The translations under genes and the position numbers were made by a program. A DNA stretch of 64,000 nt, taken from the NCBI GenBank assembly GCA_040752635.1, contig JBFMGS010000001.1, positions 29,645 through 93,644 of the forward strand, in the 5' to 3' direction. This DNA comes from Bacillota bacterium. Lineage in GTDB: Bacteria > Bacillota > SHA-98 > UBA4971. Below the pieces are notes generated by a model. It was not told where the DNA came from, made no database searches, and saw only the letters and a program-made list of their open reading frames with translations. Shown one piece after another: positions 27,784 to 36,473 of the stretch (within the stretch, counting starts at the first letter, position 1; every line of letters starts with the position of its first letter).

Positions 27784-27811
27784 GCAGGACTTGGGCAGCA
27801 GGCTGGAGAAT
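27784..27811 (+). promoter_or_regulatory. candidate sigma-H type promoter for the spoIIA operon
   Basis: GCAGGACTT (-35, RNAGGAWWW-like), a 12 nt spacer, then GGAGAAT (-10, RNNGAAT), about 50 nt upstream of the spoIIAA ATG. Confidence 0.4.
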
Positions 27812-27860
27812 AGATGAGGCAAAGACAGAATAATCGCATGAAATGCCAGGGGGATTAGCA

Positions 27861-28208
27861 ATGACGGTTGACACCAGGTGTGTCGGTAGCGTTCTTGTGG
27901 TGTACGTTTCCGGAGAACTCGATCTCAATACAGCTCCTGATTTCCGGGCTGCCGTCGAGGAGCAGCTCGATGCAAGGCCTGACCTTGCCAACATCGTTCT
28001 TGTGCTGCGCGATGTGACCTTCATCGATAGCTCCGGTCTGGGCGTCATACTCGGCAGGTACAAGAGACTTCGCGCACATGGGGGTAGGATCGTCGCGGTG
28101 GCCCCCTCTCCGCACGTACGCAAGGTGTTCGAGCTTTCAGGGCTCACAAGCATCATACCGATCTCTGAGACTGAGGATAAAGCCTGGGCCCGGATGTCGG
28201 GGGTGTGA
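27861..28208 (+). CDS. spoIIAA: anti-sigma F factor antagonist
   Basis: STAS domain with the conserved phospho-Ser region (FIDSSGLGVILG). Confidence 0.9.
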   Translation: MTVDTRCVGSVLVVYVSGELDLNTAPDFRAAVEEQLDARPDLANIVLVLRDVTFIDSSGLGVILGRYKRLRAHGGRIVAVAPSPHVRKVFELSGLTSIIPISETEDKAWARMSGV

Positions 28209-28212
28209 ATTG

Positions 28213-28665
28213 ATGGCCGTCAAGAACCACGTGACCCTTGAGTTCCCTGCGATCGCTCAGAACGTGGAGTTCGCCCGGGTTGCCGTGGCATGTTTCGCAT
28301 CCCAGATCGATTCCTTTACCATGGAGGAAATAGACGATATCAAGCTTATCGTGTCGGAGGCCGTATCCAATGTCGTGCTCCACGGTTACGACGAACCCGG
28401 CGGGCTTGTGCGCGTCCGCGTGGCCGCCGAGGATGACATCCTTACTGTCAGCGTCGAGGACGAAGGGCGAGGGATAGCCGACGTAAGTCTGGCCCGACAA
28501 CCAGCGTTCACTACTGCCCCAGACCGCATGGGAATGGGGTTCACCATTATGGAAGCTCTCTCGGACGAGATGGACGTCTCGTCAACACCTGGGGCCGGCG
28601 TCCGGGTGACGATGAAGAAGGCTCCGCGCGAGCCGGGGAGCGAGGGCAATGAACAGGGGACTTGA
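28213..28665 (+). CDS. spoIIAB: anti-sigma F factor (serine kinase)
   Basis: GHKL ATPase motifs (EAVSNVVLHGY, DEGRGI, GMGFTIM). Confidence 0.9.
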   Translation: MAVKNHVTLEFPAIAQNVEFARVAVACFASQIDSFTMEEIDDIKLIVSEAVSNVVLHGYDEPGGLVRVRVAAEDDILTVSVEDEGRGIADVSLARQPAFTTAPDRMGMGFTIMEALSDEMDVSSTPGAGVRVTMKKAPREPGSEGNEQGT

Positions 28666-29410
28666 ACACGTGAGGTTCCCCGAGACGCCCCTTCTCTCCG
28701 ATGATGAGGTCCGGAAGCTTGCAAGGCGCATCCGTGACGGTGACGCGGCGGCTCGCGAGGAGCTGGTTTCGAGGAACCTGCGGCTCGTCACGAGCATAGT
28801 CGGCCGGTTTCTAGCAAGGGGCAGCGACCCGGAGGACCTTTTTCAGGTAGGGTGCGTCGGGCTCATTCATGCAGCAGACAGGTTCGATGAGACCTGCGGC
28901 ACCCGGTTCTCGACTTACGCAGTGCCCGTCATAATGGGCGAAATCAGAAAGCACCTTCGCGATGCAGGCACCATGAAAGTGGGGCGGGCGCTGCGGGAAA
29001 GGGCCTCAAAGGTTGAAGCAGCCAGAGCGAGGCTACGAAGCGAACTGGGCCGTGAGCCGACGATTGAGGAAGTCGCGTCGGGAGTCGGACTTTGCCGGGA
29101 GGAAGTGGTGGAGGCACAGGAGGCTCTCCAGCCGGTTGCATCGCTTTCCGAACCGGTCTGTCATGACGGTTCCCTGGTCCTCGCCGACCAAATCGCAACC
29201 GAGGGCTCGTTCGCCGATGACAAAGTCGAGTCCATCGCCCTTCAGCAGGCCCTCAAATGCCTGAACCCCGCAGAACGCATGGTCCTCGGGATGCGGTTCT
29301 TCGGTGAGATGAAGCAAAGCGAGGTCGCGGAGCGCCTTGGCATCTCCCAACCCCAGGTGTGCAAGATAGAGCACCGGGCGCTGCGGCGGCTCAGGCAGGA
29401 ACTCGTCTAA
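28649..29410 (+). CDS. sigF: RNA polymerase sporulation sigma factor F
   Basis: Sigma-70 regions 2, 3 and 4 (NLRLVTSIVGRF, YAVPVIMGEIR, region 4 HTH ISQPQVCKIEHRALRRLR), immediately after spoIIAA-AB. Confidence 0.9.
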   Translation: MNRGLEHVRFPETPLLSDDEVRKLARRIRDGDAAAREELVSRNLRLVTSIVGRFLARGSDPEDLFQVGCVGLIHAADRFDETCGTRFSTYAVPVIMGEIRKHLRDAGTMKVGRALRERASKVEAARARLRSELGREPTIEEVASGVGLCREEVVEAQEALQPVASLSEPVCHDGSLVLADQIATEGSFADDKVESIALQQALKCLNPAERMVLGMRFFGEMKQSEVAERLGISQPQVCKIEHRALRRLRQELV

Positions 29411-29418
29411 AATGCAAT

Positions 29419-29478
29419 CACCGGCAACCCCGACCGCTGTCTGGAAAAGTGGTGCAGATTTGTGACGCTATGCTTATT
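29419..29478 (+). repeat. structured repeat element instance E (3' module CACCGGCAACC-hairpin-AAGUGGUGC..loop AGAUUUGUG) directly after the sigF stop, overlapping the dacF stop
   Basis: About 85% identical over 59 nt to the minus-strand copies at 8443-8501 and 59357-59415. Confidence 0.45.
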
Positions 29479-30682
29479 CCCGGCCGACGCGGAACAAGGT
29501 GCGAAGCAGCTTGCGAGTAACACGTAGGACGATCCTGAATACACTGCCCCGCTTTACTTCCTCAGCCGCCACGAGGTCAACCCGTCCTATCTCCGTGCCA
29601 TCGTCGAGCAGTGCAACGAGCTCTCCGATCTTCTGGCCGCCTGCGATCGGCGCGCTCACTCTCTCGGGGAGGGCTATCTCACTTCTGACCTTTCCCTCCT
29701 CACCTCGCCTCACCACTGCAACCAGCGGATGCTTCGCCACCACACCCACCTTCTCAGCCACGCCCCGGGTAACTTCCAGTTGGGCCATCACCTGGCCCTG
29801 CGCGGCGATCTCCACACCCGCGTAGTGCCTGAAACCGAAGTCCAGAAGCGTCGCGGCCTCCTTAAAGCGCTGCTGAGAGTCCTGGACGTTAAGAACTACG
29901 GAGATGAGCCTGAGGCTTCCTCTCTTTGCCGTTGCCGCAAGGCAATAGCCTGCCTCCTCTGTAAACCCGGTCTTGAGCCCGTCAACGCCTTGATAGAACT
30001 TGACAAGCCTGTTCGTGTTGACAAGGATGTTTTTCCCTCCGCGCACATAGTCGATCCACGTGGTGAACCACTCATGTACCTTTGGGTAATGTAGAAGAGC
30101 GCGGGACATGAGAGCGATGTCGCGAGCGGTCGTGTAGTGGTCCGGATGGGGGAGCCCTGTAGTGTTCACAAAGTGGGTGCCCGTCATGCCGAGCTCCTTT
30201 GCGCGCTGGTTCATCATGTCTACAAACGCTTCCTCGCTCCCGGCGACGTGCTCCGCAACAGCGACGCTTGCGTCGTTTGCCGAAACGATGGCGATAGCCT
30301 TCATGAGATCTGCGAGGGACATCTCCTCGCCCACCTCGAGCCAGATCTGAGACCCTCCCATCTCCATGGCATGCTCGCTCGTCACCACCATGTCCTCGAG
30401 ACGGGCCTTTCCTTGCTCTATCGCCTCCATGACCAGGAGCATGGTCATGATCTTCGTGATGCTCGCCGGCGCCATCCTCTTGTCGGGTTCCTTCTCGAAT
30501 AAGACCCTGCCCGAGGTCGATTCCATGAGGATCGCGGACCCGGCAGTGATGGGTATGGTCGGGGCAGGGCCCGGCTGCTTCTCCTGCGCAACTACGCAGA
30601 CCGGGAGGCCCCACCATGAGGAGGCCGCAGAAATCAGAATAACGGCGAGGGCAAGACCCGCCACGACCCGCGCTGAACGCAC
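29474..30682 (-). CDS. dacF: D-alanyl-D-alanine carboxypeptidase (PBP5 family, DacB/DacF-like)
   Basis: Signal peptide, then SITK (SxxK), SAN (SxN) and KTG motifs. It has a GTG start with a GGGAGGGG RBS. Confidence 0.85.
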   Translation of the reverse strand: MRSARVVAGLALAVILISAASSWWGLPVCVVAQEKQPGPAPTIPITAGSAILMESTSGRVLFEKEPDKRMAPASITKIMTMLLVMEAIEQGKARLEDMVVTSEHAMEMGGSQIWLEVGEEMSLADLMKAIAIVSANDASVAVAEHVAGSEEAFVDMMNQRAKELGMTGTHFVNTTGLPHPDHYTTARDIALMSRALLHYPKVHEWFTTWIDYVRGGKNILVNTNRLVKFYQGVDGLKTGFTEEAGYCLAATAKRGSLRLISVVLNVQDSQQRFKEAATLLDFGFRHYAGVEIAAQGQVMAQLEVTRGVAEKVGVVAKHPLVAVVRRGEEGKVRSEIALPERVSAPIAGGQKIGELVALLDDGTEIGRVDLVAAEEVKRGSVFRIVLRVTRKLLRTLFRVGRE

Positions 30683-30740
30683 CTTTCATCCCCTCCCGCA
30701 GGATCACAGAGTACAAATCCTTACTCACGTACATATTCGG

Positions 30741-30770
30741 GCGGATGCAGGGATATACCCGCATCCGCCT
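30741..30770. promoter_or_regulatory. 30 bp near-perfect palindrome (GGCGGATGCAGGGATATACCCGCATCCGCC) about 60 nt upstream of dacF
   Basis: Seen in sequence. It has no flanking U-tract on either strand, so it is unlikely to be an intrinsic terminator and is a candidate operator. Confidence 0.3.
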
Positions 30771-31137
30771 GGAGGGGGTCACCAGCACGGAGAAGTGGCG
30801 CCAATCCTTGGCATTCGATTTAGCTTTTGTCACTCACATCTTCCTGTGGTGCCGAGCGCGGGGTTTCCCACAGGGTAGTCACCAGGTTGGGGTCTGACGG
30901 TGCCGCAGACAAGGTCCTTTACCCCACCGAGCCGAGGAGCAATCTCCCCAGTCTGGCCCTTGCCGATGAGGAACAGGCCGTGCCAGGCGACCCTTGCTGC
31001 CAGGCACTTGACCCGACAGCATGGATGCTGTACGTAACACTGACCCCTCATGGTTAGAGGATATCACTGATGTACTGGCGTATTGAGGGGAAAGGGGGCA
31101 CTTCCTCCGCGTCTAAAGCCAGGCCATCTGCGCCAAA

Positions 31138-32445
31138 TCACGGGGAGATCACGGCTTTGATCAGCTTCGGCACTTCAGGTGCCTCATTTGCTATCGTATA
31201 GGCCGACTTTACGAGGTCAGAGGCCTCGTCCAGGCTGGTAGGGTCATTCGTGTGCAACGTAGCCAGCGGCTCGCCTTCGCTCACCCTGTCGGCGATCTTC
31301 TTCGACACGACAAGCCCCGCGGCGGGGTCTATCGGTTCATCCTTCACCTTTCGCCCCGCGCCCAGGATCATCGCGGCAACTCCAATCCTCTCAGCATCGA
31401 TGGCAGCGACATATCCCGAGGAAGGGCTGGGTACGGTGACAACCCGGCCGGCGCGGGGGAGAATGTCAGGATGCTCTGCAACGCGCATGTCCCCGCCCTG
31501 GGACTTCACAAACTGCGCAAACTTCTCGAGCGCCGCCCCTTTCTTTAGAAGATCAGCCAGGGCTGCCCTTGCCTGGGACGTATCAGATGCGATCCCGGCG
31601 AGCACTAACATCAGTGAACCGAGCGTAAGGCATATTTCCACAAGGTCTCCGGGCCCGGACCCGCGCAGCGTTTCGATGGCCTCCCGGACCTCCAGCGCAT
31701 TACCGACCGCATATCCGAGCGGCTGGTTCATGTCGCTCACCACTGCGGCGGCCTTGCGCCCCGCTCCTCTCACGATGTCCACCATCAGCCTCGCCAGGGT
31801 CGCCGCGTCGCGCTCCGACTTCATGAACGCGCCCGTCCCCACCTTAACATCAAACACGATGGCGTCCGCGCCGCTGGCCAGCTTCTTGCTGCACACACTG
31901 CTGGCTATGAGGGGCATACTGTCAACCGTGGCAGTAACATCGCGAAGCGCATAGAGCTTCTTGTCGGCTGGAGCGATCGCCGCAGTCTGCCCGGCCACTG
32001 CTACTCCGATGGAGTTCACGCTTGTCACAAAGGCTTCCTTCGACAGGTCCACGCGAAAGCCCGGAATGGACTCGAGCTTGTCGAGGGTGCCGCCTGTATG
32101 GCCGAGCCCGCGGCCGGACATCTTGGCTACAGGCGCGCCGGCGGCCGCCACAAGCGGAGCGAGCACGAGCGTCGTCTTGTCGCCGACCCCTCCCGTGCTG
32201 TGCTTATCAACCTTGATGCCGCGAACGGCGGAGAGGTCCACGGTTTCCCCGGACTTCGCCATGGCAAGAGTCAGGTCGCGAGTCTCGCGCGCGTTCATCC
32301 CCTGGAAGAACACGGTCATGCACCAGGCTGCCATCTGGTAGTCGGGGATTTCTCCCCGCGTAAAGCCGTCTATGAGAAATGTGATTTCCTCTCGAGACAG
32401 CTCCTGTCCGCGCCGTTTCTTGAGGATGATGTCGTACGCTCTCAC
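31138..32445 (-). CDS. pdp: pyrimidine-nucleoside (thymidine) phosphorylase
   Basis: Glycosyltransferase family 3 fold ([30 protein letters not shown]), 435 aa. Confidence 0.9.
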   Translation of the reverse strand: MRAYDIILKKRRGQELSREEITFLIDGFTRGEIPDYQMAAWCMTVFFQGMNARETRDLTLAMAKSGETVDLSAVRGIKVDKHSTGGVGDKTTLVLAPLVAAAGAPVAKMSGRGLGHTGGTLDKLESIPGFRVDLSKEAFVTSVNSIGVAVAGQTAAIAPADKKLYALRDVTATVDSMPLIASSVCSKKLASGADAIVFDVKVGTGAFMKSERDAATLARLMVDIVRGAGRKAAAVVSDMNQPLGYAVGNALEVREAIETLRGSGPGDLVEICLTLGSLMLVLAGIASDTSQARAALADLLKKGAALEKFAQFVKSQGGDMRVAEHPDILPRAGRVVTVPSPSSGYVAAIDAERIGVAAMILGAGRKVKDEPIDPAAGLVVSKKIADRVSEGEPLATLHTNDPTSLDEASDLVKSAYTIANEAPEVPKLIKAVISP

Positions 32446-33353
32446 TCGTTCCCCCTCCTTTTCTTGCCGCCCGCACGGGGGTGAGTCCGGTCGTATATTT
32501 CCTTGAGTTTACCCCTCGCAACATGGGTGTAAACCTGAGTCGTCGAGATGTCAACGTGCCCCAGCATTTCCTGGACAGAGCGAAGGTCTGCGCCGTTTTC
32601 GAGAAGGTGCGTTGCAAAGCAATGTCGCAGGGTGTGGGGGGTTACATCCTTGTCTATGCCCGCCCTGGTTGCATAGGCCTTGATGATCTTCCAGAAGCCC
32701 TGCCGGGTCATCCTCCGGCCCCGGCAGTTCACGAAGAGAGCTTTCTCGTTGCGGCTCCCCACCAGCTTCTGCCTGGACGAACGCAGGTACGTTTCGACCC
32801 ACGTCGAGGCCACACGGCCTATGGGGATGATCCTCTCCTTGGACCCCTTACCCACGCACCTCACATAGCCCATCTCCACGTTTATGTCGCCGACTTCGAG
32901 CGAAAGCAGTTCGGACACGCGCATCCCCGTGGCATACAACGTTTCCAGCATGGCCTTGTCCCGAATACCCGCCGGGGTGCGGGGGGCCGGCACCTCAAGG
33001 AGCCGGCTCACTTGCTCCATACTCAACACGCCGGGGAGCCGCCGCTCTTGCTTGGGAGACCCGAGGTTCGTGGTTGGATCGCGTTCTATCTTCCGCTCAC
33101 GGTCGAGGAACCTGTACAGTCCCCTGATGGCTGCGAGCGACCTGCAGATGCTCGAAGTCGCCTTGCCCTGGCGTTTAAGCTCGGCGAGGTACGCCATGAT
33201 GGTATCCTGCGTGACACGGGACAGCTCGAGGCCAGCCGACTCGCGCACAAACTTGCCGAACTGGCGCAGGTCCCTGCCGTACGACTCTATGCTGTTCTGC
33301 GCTAGCCCGCGCTCCACTCCCAGGTATGCGAGGAACTCGTCCACAGAGGTCAT
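32442..33353 (-). CDS. xerD: site-specific tyrosine recombinase XerD
   Basis: N-terminal SAM-like domain ([24 protein letters not shown]), catalytic R..HxxR..Y motifs ([18 protein letters not shown]). The start is set at MTSVDEFL. Confidence 0.85.
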   Translation of the reverse strand: MTSVDEFLAYLGVERGLAQNSIESYGRDLRQFGKFVRESAGLELSRVTQDTIMAYLAELKRQGKATSSICRSLAAIRGLYRFLDRERKIERDPTTNLGSPKQERRLPGVLSMEQVSRLLEVPAPRTPAGIRDKAMLETLYATGMRVSELLSLEVGDINVEMGYVRCVGKGSKERIIPIGRVASTWVETYLRSSRQKLVGSRNEKALFVNCRGRRMTRQGFWKIIKAYATRAGIDKDVTPHTLRHCFATHLLENGADLRSVQEMLGHVDISTTQVYTHVARGKLKEIYDRTHPRAGGKKRRGNE

Positions 33354-33544
33354 GGCATTTCGCCCCCGCTTCGGCGCTTCTCTGTCGCAGAGGACTGAGA
33401 TAACCGGCCAGGAAAGTCCTGGCTCGGCATGTCCTTCCATTGCTTCCAGTATAGCATTGCCGTCCGCGGCCCGCAATTGACCTACGAGTCTGCACGCGTA
33501 GACAGCAGGAACTCGGTTGGATTCGCCTCCTCTGCGAGATCGCG

Positions 33545-33690
33545 CCGGGGGTTGAAACTTGAACCCCCGGCGCGTTGCCCCTGCGTACCATCGGGTCTCT
33601 ACGTACCATGTTGCATTTTGCCGGGACTTAACGTTTAAGCCCCCGGCGCGTTGCCGCCACATACCGTCGGGTTATGCTCTCAGGGTCTGT
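33545..33690. repeat. tandem imperfect direct repeat (about 75 bp period, two copies), each with a GC-rich hairpin, with the GCCGGCGCGTTGCC core. Copy 2 encodes the last codons of nanE
   Basis: CCGGGGGTTGAAACTTGAACCCCCGGCGCGTTGCCCCTGCGTACCATCGGGT is matched by CCGGGACTTAACGTTTAAGCCCCCGGCGCGTTGCCGCCACATACCGTCGGGT. Confidence 0.5.
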
Positions 33691-34392
33691 TATGGCCCTG
33701 CCCACAACTACCGCAAACGCTCCTGCCTCAAACGCGGCCCGAACCTCGTCGGGTGACGCTATCCGCCCCTCGGCGACTATGGGTACTTTGACCCTCCTGG
33801 TAAGGTCCCGGACCAGGGATAGGTCGGGACCTTCTTGCTTGGGGCTGTACGACGTGTAACCGGATAGCGTCGTGGAAATCAGATCGGCTTGGAGGTCCGC
33901 TCCGAACAAGCCTTCTTCGAGAGTGGATACGTCCAGCATCACTAACGCACCGAGTTCTTCGCGGATCCTCTCGACGAGAGTCTCAAGGTCTTCAGACCCC
34001 GGCCTCTCCCTCAGGGTGCCATCCAGCGCTACAATCCGGGCTCCAGCCTCAACCACCAACTTCGCATGTTCGAACGTCGGCGTTATGTACACATCGTAGC
34101 CGGGTGTAGTCTCCTTGTATAACCCGATTATGGGCACATCCACCGCCTGCTTGATCGCCCTAATATTCCGGGGCATGTTCGCCCGGATTCCCCGGGCTCC
34201 GCCCCGTACGGCAGCTTGGGCCATCCTTGCAAGAAAATCCGGCGTGTTGGTAGGGCTGTCGCTGTACATGGCCTGACACGACACTATGAGCCCGTCCCGC
34301 AGTTGCTCAAGAACCGCTGCGCTCCCTTCCGTCCGACTGGCATTGGAGTTCTCGCGAAAGTCCTCGTGCGATCGTCCTTCCAACGTAGTCAC
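33628..34392 (-). CDS. nanE: N-acetylmannosamine-6-phosphate 2-epimerase
   Basis: NanE family ([14 protein letters not shown]...GIRANMP...VPIIGLYK...IVAEGRI). The N-terminal extension is uncertain. Confidence 0.8.
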   Translation of the reverse strand: MTTLEGRSHEDFRENSNASRTEGSAAVLEQLRDGLIVSCQAMYSDSPTNTPDFLARMAQAAVRGGARGIRANMPRNIRAIKQAVDVPIIGLYKETTPGYDVYITPTFEHAKLVVEAGARIVALDGTLRERPGSEDLETLVERIREELGALVMLDVSTLEEGLFGADLQADLISTTLSGYTSYSPKQEGPDLSLVRDLTRRVKVPIVAEGRIASPDEVRAAFEAGAFAVVVGRAITDPESITRRYVAATRRGLKR

Positions 34393-35415
34393 TCACCCTT
34401 CCCCGGCGGAGTCGTCCGGGCATCCATCTTCCCGACAACCATCCTGTAAGCCGCTGCGCAAGGCCTGCACGCGCTCGGAGGTAACTTCGATCCCTGCCTG
34501 CCGCCATGCCAGCAAAACCGCGCCTGCTACGGGATCAAGCAGGGGTTCCACAAGTAATACGCCGCCGACCTCGCGCACCAGCGTATCTCGAAATGAGTCT
34601 TTTACCAGCGACCCAGCCCTGAACACCCCACCGACGCACGCCACTCTCAGGGGCTCGCTGCTCTCCCAACCGAGCCTTTGTATCGCCGTCAGCGCGAGTT
34701 CTGCCAGTTCATGGCCTGATTCACACAGGATAGAGACCGCGTTCCTGTCCCCCTCTTCGGCGGCCCCCGCCACCACGGAGGCTAAAGAGCTTATCGTAAG
34801 CCTCTCTTCCTCCAGGCGGTACAACCTGCTCTGAATCTCACGTAATCTCCTTGCACCGAAGTGATTGAGCACTTTTCTGGTAAGAATGCTTTGGGGCAAC
34901 CTCTTGTCAGACTCTTTTGCGACTGCTATCAGGGCTCTCCTCCCTATGTCGAACGCCCCGCCCAGGTCCCCCATGATATAGCCCCAGCCTCCAACCTTGA
35001 CGCTCTTCCCGCCAGGGCCCACTCCGTACGCGACCACGCCCGTGCCGGCGGCAACCATGACACCCGGTTTGCACCCCGAAGCTCCAGCCCAGCAACTCAC
35101 CGAGTCGTTGTCTAAGCCCACCTGTTCCACTTCAAGAATCGAGTTGAACATACCGAGGATAGGCCCCGCCTCGGGAGCCTCGGGATCCGACAACCCAGTC
35201 AATCCCAGGAATGCGCTCCGTACCGGATAGCGGCCGGCAATGACCGGCTCAAGGCACGTCTCGAAGGCGGCCCTAATCTTCCTTTCGCCGTCGGCGGCCT
35301 TCAGGTGTTCGAAGGGCGGCCCCTCAGCCCTCACCACCACGTGCCCCTCCGCGTCGGCAAGAAGCAGGCGGCTCCCGCTCTGTCCCCCGTCGAAACCTAG
35401 ATAATACCCTTTCAT
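34393..35415 (-). CDS. BadF/BadG/BcrA/BcrD-type sugar kinase (N-acetylglucosamine/N-acetylmannosamine kinase-like, NanK-like)
   Basis: An ASKHA kinase N-terminus (MKGYYLGFDGGQSGSRLLLAD) adjacent to nanE. The ORF continues in frame upstream into an ald fragment. Confidence 0.75.
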   Translation of the reverse strand: MKGYYLGFDGGQSGSRLLLADAEGHVVVRAEGPPFEHLKAADGERKIRAAFETCLEPVIAGRYPVRSAFLGLTGLSDPEAPEAGPILGMFNSILEVEQVGLDNDSVSCWAGASGCKPGVMVAAGTGVVAYGVGPGGKSVKVGGWGYIMGDLGGAFDIGRRALIAVAKESDKRLPQSILTRKVLNHFGARRLREIQSRLYRLEEERLTISSLASVVAGAAEEGDRNAVSILCESGHELAELALTAIQRLGWESSEPLRVACVGGVFRAGSLVKDSFRDTLVREVGGVLLVEPLLDPVAGAVLLAWRQAGIEVTSERVQALRSGLQDGCREDGCPDDSAGEG

Positions 35416-35556
35416 CAACGTCAACCTTTGTACTGGGCCGGCCGACTTCTCCACCAGCACCGTGCGGCCCCTGTCAGCAAAGGCCATCCCGCCTGACGGA
35501 GCTATCGCCACCCTGTTCTCGTTGTACTTGATCTCCTTCGGGACCCCAACTACCAA
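35416..35556 (-). pseudogene. ald: 5' fragment (about 45 codons) of alanine dehydrogenase fused in frame to the kinase ORF
   Basis: VVGVPKEIKYNENRVAIAPSGGMAFADRGRTVLVEKSAG matches the Ald N-terminus (GVPKEIKNNENRVALTPGGV...GHRVLVETGAG). It has a GGAGG RBS and TTG/ATG starts at 35556/35571. Confidence 0.5.
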
Positions 35557-35812
35557 CCCGGTTACCTCCATGATGCCGTCAGCGCGAATCAATATGACAT
35601 TGCCTCGTTGGCTGTTTCGCACTACGAGTCAATGCGCCAGCTGCGTACGGTTGGTGCTTACCTGGCAATATGCTCAAGCTGCCCGAACGGCATTCTTGTT
35701 CTGAAGGGTGTGGCAGTACGCCAACGGAGAGTTCTTGGTGGTAGACAGACACATCACGGTACCGCGCCTTTCTCGCTCCCTTTCGGGAGATTGAGCCGCA
35801 GGTCCTCCGGGA

Positions 35813-36277
35813 CTACTTCACAAAAGCAATAAGTTCTATTTCCACGGAACCGCCTCCCGGAAGCTCAGCCACGCCTATTGCAGCCCGGGAGTGTTTCCCC
35901 TTCTCTCCAAAGACCCTCTCCAGAAGCTCAGAAGCACCGTTTACCACCTTCGGTTGATCTCCCAGACCGGGTGCGGAGTTCACGTACCCAGTAACCTTCA
36001 CAATGCGTTCCACCCGGTCAAGATTGCCTATAACGGACTTTAGTTCCGCGAGACACCGGAGCGCGCATATCTTAGCGGCCTCGTAACCCTCTTCGACACT
36101 CAGCTCCGCCCCCACTTTCCCGCAGTAGACTGGCTTGTCATCTATGATGGGAGTTTGTCCTGATACGAACACAAACCCAGATGCTTGCACAGCCGGTACG
36201 TACGCTGCCACGGGTTCTGGGCAAGGGGGGAGTTTCAGCCCAAGTCTCTCCAACCTTTCCTCAACAACAGACACCAT
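35813..36277 (-). CDS. ridA: RidA/YjgF family enamine/imine deaminase
   Basis: Endoribonuclease L-PSP/RidA fold, 154 aa, with conserved C-terminal IEIELIAFV-like residues. Confidence 0.85.
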   Translation of the reverse strand: MVSVVEERLERLGLKLPPCPEPVAAYVPAVQASGFVFVSGQTPIIDDKPVYCGKVGAELSVEEGYEAAKICALRCLAELKSVIGNLDRVERIVKVTGYVNSAPGLGDQPKVVNGASELLERVFGEKGKHSRAAIGVAELPGGGSVEIELIAFVK

Positions 36278-36473
36278 TACTTGAAAACCCTCCTTGCGAA
36301 GTAGATTCCCAGCGTTGATCTATGTTCCCAGACGTATCTTCGGTTCCAGATACGCTTTCGTAGCATGCATCCTTGCTTGCCTGTCTTACTCTGTATGGTT
36401 ATACTGGGCGAGCCTCAACAGTACCGATGAAGCATCCAGCCTGTCATAGTAGTTCGAAACAGGTTGTGCCCTC

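Noticed and set aside
30072-30833. 253-aa minus-strand ORF overlapping dacF
   Set aside because: It is in a different frame from the PBP5-family protein that has all the SxxK/SxN/KTG motifs. Its composition is Arg/Gly/His-rich and it has no homology.
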